Assembly (NCBI RefSeq): GCF_006345805.1 | Contig: NC_043011.1 | Span: 11,408,001 to 11,472,000 of the forward strand | Direction of reading: 5' to 3' | DNA length: 64,000 nt | Source: Octopus sinensis | Lineage: Eukaryota | Shown here: positions 1-12,559 of the stretch, in pieces | Position numbering within the stretch: position 1 is the stretch's first letter | How the letters are laid out: the number at the start of each line of letters is the position of its first letter | Notes under the pieces: model-generated | Databases searched by the model: none | What the model was told of the DNA's origin: nothing | What the model saw: only the letters and a program-made list of their open reading frames with translations | Made by a program: the position numbers and the translations under genes

Positions 1-101
1 GTGGTGTTGTTCGTCTTGGTGCTGGTGTTGGTGATGGTGTTGGTGGTGTGGCAGCCTTTGGTGTTTCTTGCTGTTTTTGTTGTTTCTGTTGTTGTTGCTT
101 G

Positions 102-135
<34 letters not shown>

Positions 136-1370
136 GCTGCTGCCTCTTGCTGAAAGCCTCCATCCTCTTTTTGTGAATGGGACAGTCCCTCTTTAAGTGG
201 CTTTCGCTGCTGCAGAGAAAACATTTTGGCTTTCGCCCCTCCACAGCAACGTTTAGCCTGGTGCCGTCCGGCAAACTTACGAAATCAGGGACTTTACTTA
301 TATTCTCTTGCTGAATTTGCGCAAGAAGCAGCACTCCCATCCCCAACCAGTTTTTCGCCCTCACTCTCCTGACATCTAGAATGGTGGTAGTGTCCTCTAT
401 ATCATAAAGGACAGCTGCCACCAGCCATGACATATCTAGCTCAGGGGGGACGAGGTCGATTTTTATTTTTGTTACTCTTCGCCCGAGGTGGGTCGGAACT
501 AGTAACAAATTCTCAGTTTGCAAGGGTGAAATGGCGTTCGCCCTTGCAAGCTCCTCTGTTGGGAAGCGAACCTCCACGGTTCCAAAACGCTTCCCCTTGG
601 TTACGTAGCTCTTTTGGGCCCAAATGGGCTTTAGAGCTATCTCCAACTGTTGGGGTGTGGCATTTGTTATTCTTTTTAGTTTTCTATTGTTTTCTTGTTG
701 GTGCTTTCAATCACCTCTTGTGGAGTATTGAGGAAGATACCATTGCCATCCTTCCTTAACAATTCCTTCGCTCTTTTCACATCTTCTAGAGTTATCTTAA
801 CTTCCTCCGAAATTTGCTTCGCAGCAGAAGCAAAATTGTTGGAAGTTTTTTCTTTTTTCTCCGTGTCAATGTTTGTGATGATTTTTGTAATTGTTTTTTC
901 TTCCTCCTCCTTCCGTACCAAAGCATTGGGTGAAGGCAGAGGGGGAAAATCGAGAATTACGTCGAACGCGACGTCCTGGCTTGCATTCTCCTTTTGAACC
1001 GAGCTCGTGCTCTGCGGTTCGGAAGGAGAATCTTTGTTGCCTTTTAAGGCGTGAAGTGGGTGTTTTGTACGAGTTGTGTGTGTTTGCGGAAGGAATGTAT
1101 CTTGAAGGAAGGAACAGCCAACTGTTCGCTTCATAGCCATGTTTTTTTTGTTGTAATATTCAAAATGTTGAAAAATGTCAAATGTTCAAAATTTTCAAAC
1201 GTAATTTCACCCCGAATGGGGCAAAATTTCGCCCAACCGACGAGCTCCGCAAGAAGCCGGTCGGTTTGGCTACAAAAATATTAAAAAATATTCAAACTTA
1301 TTAAAAAATTTCCAATAAAATTGGCACAAAACTCACAGAGCTGATTCACGTACGTCCATCGGCGTCGGAA
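1..1370 (-). mobile_element. L1/Tx1-clade non-LTR retrotransposon, 5' UTR and disrupted ORF1 (gag-like), running off the window edge
   Basis: Minus-strand translation gives ...VPDFVSLPDGTRLNVAVEGRKPKCFLCSSESHLKRDCP. This is a CX2CX4HX4C knuckle at 182-223, followed by poly-Q from the (GTT)n tract. A DFPPLPSP motif lies in ORF 676-1140. Confidence 0.75.
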
Positions 1371-1371
1371 G

Positions 1372-1374
<3 letters not shown>

Positions 1375-1440
<66 letters not shown>

Positions 1441-1441
1441 G
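1375..1441 (+). repeat. (AAT)n microsatellite, left flank of the Dong/R4 insertion
   Basis: Run of aat units read directly. Confidence 0.97.
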
Positions 1442-3953
1442 CAAATAAGGTCAAGCAAATGGAAGTCTCCAGGAAAGGATAAAATCCCTAACTTTTGGTT
1501 GAATGCCTTCCCAGAGAGCCATGAACTGCTAGCAGAACTTTACAATGATGTTTTGCAACACCCTAGTAGGATGCCTCCTTGGCTAGTTAATGGGTTAACA
1601 TTCCTGCTTCCAAAAAGTGAAGAAACAAATGAACCCAAAAACTATAGACCCATAACCTGCTTAACAACTATGTATAAAACACTAACATCTGTCCTGACGG
1701 AATATACCTATAGTTTTTTGACAGACAGCAGCATATTCCCTAATGAACAGAAAGGATGTAAACGTGGATCCTACGGTTGTAAAGATCAACTACTCATCAA
1801 TAAGATGATCTTAGAAGATTGTCACAAACGACACAAAAACTTATCAATAGCCTGGATAGACTATAAAAAGGCTTTTGATAGCCTACCACATAGCTGGATT
1901 AATAAATGCCTAGAAATGTATAAGATAGCACCTGCTCTGCGAAACTTTTTGTCTGTAAGTATGAGATCATGGAGAACCACACTAACTTGAACAGTGACAA
2001 TGAATCTCTAAATGCTGGTGATGTAAAAATTTCATGTGGCATTTTCCAGGGTGACTCACTATCACCGCTCCTCTTCTGTTTAGCCTTAATACCTCTCTCA
2101 AAACTGCTCAATGATGCGCAGTACGGATATAAAATGTTTGATTAAAATATAAATCATCTCATTTACATGGATGATTTAAAGCTCTTTGCAAAAAATGACC
2201 AACAACTCAAGGGCTTACTAGCGATTGTCAAACAATTCAGTGATGACATCAGAATGCAATTTGGCCTCGATAAATGCGCAAAAGCTACCTTTATCAAAGG
2301 AAAAATGACAGAAACATCTAACGTTAACCTTGACCAGCAGAATGTCATAAAAGAATTAGACCCAGCAGAGAACTACAAGTATCTAGGGGTAATTGAAGGA
2401 GAAGGAATAAGGCATTCAGAGATGAAGGAAAGGATCAGGAGAGAATGCTATCGCAGAGTAAAAGCAATACTCAAGACAGAGCTGAATGCGAGAAACAGGA
2501 TCGAAGCGATCAATGCATTAGCCATACCAGTCGTGACTTACAGTTTCAGTATCGTTAACTGGTCAATTACTGAAATATGTAATCTTGACAGAAAAATACG
2601 AAAACTGTTGACAATGCATAGAATGCACCACCCTAAGGCAGATACAGAACGACTTTATCTGCCAAGAAAAGAGGGAGGCCGTGGACTTTTACAACTGGCA
2701 ATAACAATGAAGATTGCTACAATTGGCCTAGATACCTACCTGAAAAACTCTGAGGACTGGATGTTAAAACTTGTCTCAAAACATGAAAACAAGAAAGCAT
2801 CATACTCAGTAACAAAACAGGCAAAGGAATATCTAAGTGAATTCCGAATACAACAAATTTCGGAATTAGAGATAGACATACAAGAAACAGGCACAGAAAA
2901 AGCTAAGCGCATGAAAACCCGTGCTAAATCTGCGGCCTTAGATATTCTGAATGATAAATGGAAAGAAAAACCTCTCTATGGCAAATACCCAAAGAGAGCA
3001 AATAATGCAGATGTTGACAAAGCCCTGACCCATCAATGGCTAATGGCCTCTGGCTTAAAATCTGAAACAGAGGGTTTATCATAGCAGCTCAAGATCAATG
3101 CCTACCAACAAGAAACTACCAGGCCAACATATTAAAGATCAGAAGCAGTCCAACGTGTCGTGTATGCAAGCAACAAAATGAAACCATTGACCATGTGGTC
3201 TCCAAGTGCAGTCTTCTAGCGCCTACAGAGTATCTCAACAGGCACGATAGAGCTGCACAATATATTCACTGGGTAATCTGTAAAAACCTGGATTTGCCCC
3301 ATGAAAAAAACTGGTGGGAACACAAACCACCCCAGTGCTTGAAAATGACCACATCTCACTCCTCTGGAACTTCGTCATTCAAACTGACAGAAAGATAGAT
3401 GCAAATAGGCCAGACATCATATTGAAAGACTTCAAACAAAGAACATGCCTCCTCATTGATATGACTGTCCCAATCGATATAAACGTATCTGTCAAGACCT
3501 ACCAAAAACTGAGCAAATATAAAGATCTTGAAATAGAAATCAGCAAAATGTGGAAGCTGAAGACTAAAACAATACCTGTTGTCATAGGTGCCCTGGGAAT
3601 GATAGCAAAAGGGGCAGATAGCTACCTAACTCAGATACCAGGAAACCCAAAAATGTCAGAAATTCAAAAGATAGTGCTCATGGGAACTGCTCATATCCTA
3701 CGCAAAATACTTTCTATGTAATCTCAAGGTTTAAAACAAACATAATTTTCGGTTTAAAAAAAAAAAAAAAAAAAAATTTTTTTTAGACATTCATTAGTAC
3801 AACACCCCCACCCCCAAATATATGGCACACTAGGCATAACAACAACATGAACTTCCAACCCTGTTGTCTCTTGAGGTCTCTGGGTGAGACTTGGAGCCAA
3901 CTTGTACAAATATAAAGCAAAAGTCAAACATAGAATAATAATAATAATAATAT
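1441..3953 (+). mobile_element. R4/Dong-clade non-LTR retrotransposon (RT + CCHC + restriction-like endonuclease), 5'-truncated and disrupted
   Basis: RT motifs NYRPITCL, EQKGCKRG, AWIDYKKAFDS, GIFQGDSLSP, YMDDLK. C-terminal CRVC..ETIDHVVSKC, RHD, RPDII..LLIDMTVP, KLSKYKDL. Ends in a (TAA)n tail and contains in-frame stops and frameshifts. Confidence 0.9.
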
Positions 3954-4668
3954 CTCAACAGAGTATCTCAACAGGCATGATAGAGCTGCACAATATATTC
4001 ACTGGGTAATTTGCAAAAGCCTGAACTTGCCCCGTGATAAAAACTGGTGGGAACACAAACCACTTCCAGTGCTTGAAAAGGATCACATCTCTCATTCTGG
4101 AACTTCACCATTCAAACTGACAGAAAGATAGATGCGAATAGGCCAGACATCATAGTAAAAGACTTCAGACAAAAAACATGCCTCCTCGTTGATATGACTG
4201 TCCCAATCGATATAAACGTATCTGTCAAGACCTACCAAAAACTGAGCAAATATAAAGATCTGGAAATTGAAATCAGCAAAATGTGGAACCTGAAGACTAA
4301 AACAATACCTGTTGTCATAGGTGCCCTGGGAATGATAGAAAAGGGGCTGATTGCTACCTAACTCAGATACCAGGAAACCCAAAATGGCAGAAATTCAAAA
4401 GATAGTGCGCATGGGAACAGCTCATATTCTACGCAAAATACTTTCTATGTAATCTCAAGTTTTAAAACACACATAATTTTCGTATGTTTTTTTTTTTAGA
4501 CATTCACTAGTACAACACTATATACAAAACCAAATATATGGCACACTAGGCATAACAACAACACGAACTTCCAACCTGTTGTCTCTTGGGGTCTCTGGGT
4601 GAGACTTTGAGCCAACTTGTACAAATATAAAGCAAAAGTCAAACATAGAATAATATTAATAATAACAA
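3953..4668 (+). mobile_element. Second, shorter 5'-truncated Dong/R4 copy (RLE domain + 3' UTR) directly after the first
   Basis: Diverged repeat of 3226-3953, including the 3' UTR ...gcaaaagtcaaacatagaataat. Confidence 0.9.
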
Positions 4669-5044
4669 TATCGATATTTTCCTAATTTATATAATCTCAA
4701 CTATACCATTTAGGTAATATCTCCCACACATTTTGTCACCACTCACGCTAGTTATAACCCTGAACCCCTAATTAAGTTCCTTCGCTTTCTATTTGGTTTC
4801 AATAAGTTTTTATTTGGTAAACTCTTGAATGCTTAATTGCCGTATGTACCCATTCTCCAATTCAGATTTGAGTGTAATAAAGCTGTCAGAGAATAGAATA
4901 AATTGAACAGAATGAATAGCAGGGAGATATACATACATTTTCAACTCAAACAGGGAGATAAAGAACGAGCCTGCTTGGCTCTTTTTCTCTCCTCAACCAC
5001 TTATATGCTCACTAACTGCCCTGAAGCCGTAAATCTTTTGAACG

Positions 5045-5720
5045 CTCTAACTGGTGGATTCTTTCTTTTCGCCTTCGGCCCAATGTGTCCATGCTGCCAA
5101 CAAAGCACGCGGAGTTCTGTTTTTGATTCGACGGTCATTCGGAATGCTCACAGCAGCCATATTCCTACCGCTCTATGTCACGCTGGTGAGACCCATATTG
5201 GAGTACGGGATTCAAGCCTCTTCTCCTTATCTCCTCAAAGACATACATCATCTCGAAAGAGTCCAGAAGCTGGCTACCCGCATGGTTCTTGGTCTCAAGC
5301 ATTTGTCTGATGACGAAAGGCTGAAGACGCTCAACCTTTCTCTCGAGAAACGACGACGCCGTGCTGATCTCACTCTCGCTCACAACATCATAAGCGGAAA
5401 GTGTAACCTCTTGAAAGAGCTGTTCTTCACTCCTGCTCCAGAGCGTCGGCTGCGGGGTCACTCCGAAAAGCTCTATCTTCGACGATTTCATCTCAATCGA
5501 TGGAGAGGGTCTTTCTCCGACCGGGTTGCGGATCCGTGGAATAAGCTGCCGGACGAGATAGTGAAGATGCCGACGACCGCTCGGTTCTTTCTTGACCAGA
5601 AATGGCCTGAACTCTTTGTATGAACACCCTCCCTGTACATTACTCCATATCCCTCTACATGACCTTGCTTTTGCTTTTTGAGCCAAAAAAATTCAATTAA
5701 ATTAAAATTTTAAAAATTAA
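5045..5720 (+). mobile_element. CR1-clade LINE 3' fragment
   Basis: ORF 5054-5623: LYVTLVRPILEY, LERVQKLATRMV, LSLEKRRRRADL, LRGHSEKL, FSDRVADPWNKLP, then an A/T-rich tail. Confidence 0.88.
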
Positions 5721-6388
5721 CTAATCTCTTGATGTCATCTCAGCTTTGCTGTTTCTCTCATTCCAAGCCAGCTTCGACTGAAATCATGTGGAATCAGCCA
5801 GCTTCAACTGGAATCGGCTAGCCCACTGTGGTAAAGTGTTCTTATATTGTTTTGAAATGTTATGTATAATCTGATGGAAGCGGTTTTTTTTTTTAGTTCT
5901 GATGTAATGTACTCATTAATCTATAAAAGAAACCCGCTGGAAACAGCTGCAATGAAGTGACGCGTATCCATCACTTTGTTACGGCAGCAGTCAAATTACT
6001 GAAAAAAAAATATATATGTATCAAATAAAATAAAATGAAAAACAGGACACAAAGGATGTTGTGGTACACATGTTTCGAGTTTTATAAAACAACTCATTCT
6101 TACATCAATGTATAATCGACATAACAGATAGTTTAAAAGCCCTCTTCAGCCGCATGCAATTGCTACACCAAAGACTTGTATCACATTATGAAAGGTCTGA
6201 GAAAGAACATTTGGTATTATTTATGAAGATTTACAAACATACTTTCCCAGTGATGCTCAGTTTACCTACCATTATAAATAATACCAAAACTGAGTATCAC
6301 TGGGAAAGTATGTTTGTAAATCTTCATAATCAAATAGGCGTACAGGGTATTATTGGACTCTAAAAATCCGTCCATACCGTTTTCTCAC

Positions 6389-6523
<135 letters not shown>

Positions 6524-6724
6524 CTAAGTCTCTTTAAAGGAAACTACGGCAGCGGTACTGGATATTAATAATTATCGCCAAGCTAAAATGGCAGTCCAGG
6601 AAAATAGGACGAATGCTGCCGTTGATTAGCTCCAAGAGGCCATCGCCTCTAGCTAGCTATGTGACACACAAACCTGTGTCCATTATAACCTTCGGACAGG
6701 GGAGGTCAACCGCTTCCCCTTGTT

Positions 6725-6787
6725 GGTCTGGCAGCCTCAGACTAGTTTCGGGGTACTTGCCCCTTATCAATGTAGAGCAGCCGAACC
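6725..6787 (-). ncRNA. Type I hammerhead ribozyme fold with U3-A8 core variant
   Basis: Minus strand: stem I 5' arm GGTTCGGCTGCTCTACA, core TTGATAA, stem II GGGG-CAAGTA-CCCC, GAAA, stem III AC-TA-GT, cleavage C6740, stem I 3' arm TGAGGCTGCCAGACC. Confidence 0.72.
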
Positions 6788-6899
6788 CAGCAATTTCTGT
6801 ATTATGATAATAAATATAATTTACAAAGAGGGACAATACAGGACGTAACAAACATATGGATGGGCTAAGAGAGTTTGTAATTAAAAATTGGATCAATCC

Positions 6900-9800
6900 T
6901 ATATACAATTTATATACAATTTTAAAATTTATACAAACTTATTTTCACAACAAATGGCCGGAAACCCAGCGACTACACCTTGCTTTTACCACGGGTGGAA
7001 TTAAGTAGGGACAGTCACTCCCAACTTCCTCATGACATCCTTCCATCTTTTCTCATATATGCTTCGCGACAGGTGTCTCCTCTCCAGGCCTATCTTGCTC
7101 TTCAGGTGACACCTGAAGTAGTATAGCAGACCAGTGCCGGAGATGAAGGATCCTGTCTCGATTCCTTTCATTCTTGTTCTCCATGCACACTCTTTCATTA
7201 CTGCGACCGCACACAGAAAACATGAACCTCACCTTCCTTTCATTGTCTGGTTGGTGGTACAATCTTTATCACAGACTCAGCTGATAGCTGTATTCTTCCC
7301 AGGTGCGACAACACATGTTCTACGTAAATTATGAAGCCCGAAAGCTGTGGGCATTGTATAAGAGCGTGCAGGACAGTTTCCATGTCCTGCCCGCACCTTG
7401 GACATTCCGGTGGCACTGATACTCTGTGCCTGGACAAATTATCGCGGACAGGTAAGGCGATAAACTACCAGGTCAGGGATCTTTGGTAATTATCCAAATA
7501 CCCCGACCTGAAGGTGTTTTGAAACAGTTTAGCTAGCTGGTTCTCATCGAACCCCAGAGTCTCTCCTAGGACGTCATCGTTCTTGTACTCTACCATCCCT
7601 TTATAAAATTCAGAGGTGGTATTTCCGCTGCCGGCCTTGCCAGCCTTGCCAGCCTTGCCCGCCCTGTGGATTAGCCCGAGTGCCTGTCGGCATTCCTTTT
7701 GCCATTCAGTCGTATTCTGTCTTTTTATCAAACCGGGTGTAAATTCCTCCAAGGAAGTAGGTCGTGGAAAGAATTCCCCTGCTAGCGAATTCCACACCTG
7801 GCTACCATCCCGGTAGTGCCAGATATGCCTTAGCCTCAGTGCATGTCTGCACATCAATAGCCACGGCTTCCCTAACCCACCCTTTAGCGGTTTTTGGCAG
7901 CATACGGAGCGCCTCACAAACGGTTTCCCCTTCCACAAAAAGCGGAAGAGAAGTCGCACCGACTTCAATAGCCACGAATCGGGGCAAGGGACAACGGTCA
8001 GACGGTAGATGATAACAGACGCAATAAAAACCTGATCCACCTCTGCCCTCCCTTTCAGGGACAGTGCCCTTACAGACCAGGTCCGGACTAGGGCCTCCAC
8101 CCTGCCTGCCACCTCACTCCAATTATTCTCCGTCTGGGAGTCTGGATCAAAACAAACTTCAAGCAACTTAAGAGGGCAATCCGTCCAGTGTCCGACGACA
8201 CTAGGCGTTATCGACTTGCCGCTCCAGGTGCCGAACCGCAAACCGATGGACTTGTCCTTGTTAACTTTTGCTCCTGCCACTGCCTCGTATCCTTTGATTG
8301 CATCCTCTGCACAAGGTAGCTGAGCTACATTGGAAACGGTGATTGTGACGTCATCTGCATATGCAGAAACAGACTTACCACATCCGAGACAGCGGGCACC
8401 CTTGACGAACCGAGCGCTGGATATCAAACGGCCCCGATAGGTAACTGTTTATTTGGACTGTGGATTTGATGCCACCATAGATGGCTTTGATCCACCCGCG
8501 GAAGTCCGAGGTTATCCCAGCTGCCTCAAGGACTGCCGCCAAGTACTAGTGGTCTAACCTATCGAAAGCTTTACTTTGGTCTAAATGGACCAATGCTCCA
8601 CCTTTACCGGATACTTTACCCACCCTGTCTAAGGTGTAGCGAAAGAGATGAAGATTGTCCTGAATTGACCTGGGATGGCGCATGTTTGCGCCTTCCCTAC
8701 AAGTCTCTCCGCGACACGTGTCAACCTTTTTCCTAGCACCTTGGCCAAATTCTTTAACTCTACATTCAGCCCTAAAGTTACTAATATGATCCCCCTTGCT
8801 CGGGTCTTTTCTGATCAGCGCCGCCACTCCCCGACTCACAGAGCTGGGAATTCTCCCATTCTGCTGCCAGTTCGTGTAGAAGCAGGTCAGCAAGTGTCCG
8901 AACAAGTCCGGCGTACTTTGGTAAAATTCATAGGGCAGACCATCCAGCCCCGGTGACTTGTCTCCGGCGCATTCAGCCAGCGCTTCCTCGACCTCCACAG
9001 CTATAATCGGCCCTTTACAACATACCGCCTCCCGCGCCGAGAGTCATGGCTCGCTGGCGAGGAAGTTCCTTAGGGACTCCCTACGGTCCAACGCCTCACG
9101 CGTCCCAAACAACCGGGCGAAATGCTGGTGAAAAGCCTTTTGCATCTTCTCCTGTCCTTTGATCGTACGCCCCTGCTCATCAATTATAGAGGCTTCTCTG
9201 CCTCTCCGACTCTCCACACGACGGGCCCATCCGGCAACGTTAGTATCTTCTCTACCCACTGCACATAACTTAGCCCTGACTCTACACCCTTCATGTTTGG
9301 CTTTGAGATGACGGAATAACACCGCTCTCGCCGCCATCACTCTGGATGAAGAGCCAGAATCCATGGCCTCCTCTAATTCATTAATTAGGTTCCCTTCTAT
9401 TCTAGTCTTCTCTAAATCTAAATCTAAATCTAAGAGACTCGGAACGAATGGTTCGCTTGAGGGCGTACGACCATATATTATTAATGATGTCGCTGCATAA
9501 TGCCCTCTGCACTAACTCCTTAACCTGGTCACGGAAGACTTCACAAGTCAAAATAGACTTGTTCATCTTCCAGTACCTGGTCCCTGTCTATGACACTTAA
9601 CTAGGTGCACCTCACACGTCACAAATTTATGATCTGTGTAAGGGACACAGCAAAAGCGTGGACAACTAAACGCATTACTATCTCTATCTCTAACAATTAT
9701 CCTATCTAAATAAGATCTGTGTGAACCGTCGTTATTAATCCACGTCTAGTGGGGAACGAGCGGCTCAACCAGTCTATATCGACCTACTAGGTTATAGCTT

Positions 9801-11160
9801 GCTAATAGCCTTTTTAAGCCAGGACTTCCCCTTCTATTGGTCGAACCAACACTATCCGGCCGCACGTCGAGAACAGTGTTAAAGTCTCCTGTTAAAACTA
9901 TGGTTTTAGACGTCACCAGAAGGCCCTCCAGGTCTCGGAAAAAAACAGCTTGTCTACCCACTTTCAGAACGTAGACAGCTACCAACTGAAGGACTGCTTA
10001 CTTGCGTGTGTCACATCTAGGACGACCAGCCTACCTTCTGGGTCCAGAAAGACTACTTACCTGTATGTCCAAGCCTTTTCTGAACAACACCACCACGCCC
10101 CAGCTTCCCCGTCGACTAAGAGAAATAAATTTCTCATAGCCATTTAAAAAGAGGCGAGAACGCCTGTGGCCTGTTCAACTTGGACTCAGTCGCAACACAT
10201 ATATATCAATTTCTAGTGACCTGAGGTCGTAGAGCAGACAAGGCCACGGACATTTATGCAACCTAACTTAATTTCCATGGTAAAAATAAAACAAACTTAC
10301 ATTTTAAGCATGGAGAGGGGCTGCACACAATTTTCAAACCTCCCCTTCCTTTTCTTCCTACTGTGTAGCCGTTGGTGTAGCCACTGGGCTGAGCACTAGT
10401 CTTTTGTTGGCCATCTCTTGGTTAACAGCTTGTATGTCCTACGGGTGTCTCTCTTTATATTGTTTGAATATTTCTGCTTCTAACCTTGCCATCCGTATGT
10501 TCGGTGGCATACCTTGTATCGGTTGAAAAATGTAGGGTTTTTTTATGCGGACTTAATACTCTTTCTAGTACACTATTTTTTTCATTGTATCTCACAATCC
10601 TTTCTCCTAGTGCATTTTTAGGTGTGGGGCTGGTGGCGGGTTATGGCTTGGGAGTGGATGGGGTAGTTTTTTTCTGTATGTTTGCGTTTTGTGTAGAGGT
10701 CTTCTTTGACAGGGGAGTCTGAGGCATGGGTTTTTTTCTTTTATGTGAAACCATTGTGGTAAACTCTGTTTCCTCTTCCTTCTGTTGTGTGTCTTCTACG
10801 TTTTGTATTTTCTTTTCCTCCGCTTCTCCTGTGTCGCTTTCCGTTGCTTTCTTGTTACTTTCTTTTTGGGAAGGGACCGCAGCCCTTTTCTGTTGTTGTT
10901 GTTTAACTTTTTCGCACTCCTTGCGGAGTGCCCCTTTTCTCCACATTTGAAGCATCTGGGTCTACGTCACTCGACAGATACTCTAGCACTTAGTCCCTCC
11001 CCTATAAAAATATGGTCGGGCTTTGATTCAAGTATTTCGTTTGAGGCTTGAACCTCCATCTCGAGCGTTTGGCCTTTCTAGTTTAGAGCCTCTCGCTTTT
11101 TCATTTGCAATATTGATATTTCTTCTGCGTCGTAAATTACGGCCGCTACCATCCAAGTTA
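6900..11160 (-). mobile_element. L1/Tx1-clade retrotransposon, ORF1 3' part plus complete but decayed ORF2 (APE-RT-CCHC)
   Basis: ORF1 knuckle RCFKCGEKGH(L)RKEC with a 1-nt deletion near 10925. ORF2 starts MEIKLGCINVRGL at 10278 and includes VLTGDFN, DKSPGLDGLPYEFY, LDQSKAFDRLDH, SAYADDV, GAKVNKDKS and CPRCGQDMETVLHALIQCP. Many stops and frameshifts. Confidence 0.9.
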
Positions 11161-11164
11161 CCAG

Positions 11165-12445
11165 GTAGTTCAGGAAGGAATCATACCCAATGACTGGTGT
11201 AGCAGCACAATAGTCAACTGCTACAAAGGTAAAGGTTTGATACCCCTGTAGTTATTTCTGTCTAAAAGATAGAAATAACTACAGGGGTATCAAACTGCTG
11301 GTTCAGGTGATGAAGGTCACGGAGAAGGTCATAGCCCAAATAAATTGGGAGAGAGTCTGCTTAGATGAGATGCAGTTCGGTTTTGTGCCAGGTAGAAGCA
11401 CCACTGATGCTGTATTCCTGGTACGGCAACTGCAGGAGAAATTCCAAGCCAAAGATAAACCCGTATTTTGTTGACTTGGAGAAAGCCTTTGACAGGGTCC
11501 ACCGCTCCCTTATCTGGTGGGCGATGTGGAAACTGGGGATTGACAAGTGGTTAATAAGAGCTATACAGGCCTTGCACAAGGATGCCGTTAGTAAGGTAAG
11601 GGTGGGCAATGAGTAAAGCGAAGAATTCTGGGTAGAAGTAGGGTTTCATCAAGGATCAGCCCTCAGCCCTCTCTTATTCATCATAGTCCTCCAGGCAATG
11701 ACAGAGGAATTCAAGATAGGCTGCCTTGGGAGTTCCTCTATGCTAATGACCTTGCTCTCATAGTCGAATCACTACCAGAACTAGAGAAGAAGTTTTAGGT
11801 GTGGAAGCAAAGTTGAGAATCGAAGGGCCTTAGAGTCAATGTTGCAAAAGCCAAAGTCCTAGTAAGTAGGAAGGCGAACACATCACAAACCCCTTCAGGT
11901 AGATGGCCCTGCTCAGTCGGTAGAAAAGGTGTAGGTAGAAGCTCCATAAGATGTACCCAGTGTAAGCTATGGACTCATAAGAGGTGCAGCAACATCAAAG
12001 GATAAGATAGCTTTTGTGTGCGGCAGATGCACAGGAGCAATAAACACCACAGATGCTCAGAAAACTGATTCCATCACATGCAAGGGGGAAAAACTAGAAG
12101 TAGTTGATAGCTTCTGCTCCCTAGGTAACCGAGACTGTAGTGAGGGTGGATTCTCAGACAGCGTTGCCACTAGAATAAGAATAGAATAAGAAAGCTCTTA
12201 TCTCTACTGGTGACAAAGGGCCTCTCGCTCAGAGTGAAAGGTAGATTGTACGATGCATGTGTGTGAACTGCCATGTTACCTGGCAGTGAAAAATGGGCCA
12301 TGACTGCTGAAGACATGTGTAGGCTTGAAAGAAATGAAGCTAGTGTAATGTCAGTGTGCACACACAACAGAGTGTAAGTGCCCTGAGAGAAATGTTGGAT
12401 ATGGTCATGTGCTACGTATGGATGAGGAGAGCTGTGTGAAGAAGT
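11165..12445 (+). mobile_element. Degenerate RTE LINE fragment (RT region)
   Basis: Homologous to the RTE ORF at 30868-33513 (NNYRGIKLL, DEMQFGFVPG, VDLEKAFDRV, YANDL, GRWPCS), with frameshifts. Confidence 0.88.
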
Positions 12446-12559
12446 GTCAATTCAGCATCTCTCACACACACACACACACATACATATACACATGTATAGT
12501 AGTTGAGTGGGGAGGTGCATTTAGGCTAAAGTATGGTAGAGGTACAAGCATAGGTGCCT

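Noticed and set aside
5305-5320. CTGATGACGAAA
   Set aside because: It lies within CR1 coding sequence with no room for stem II.
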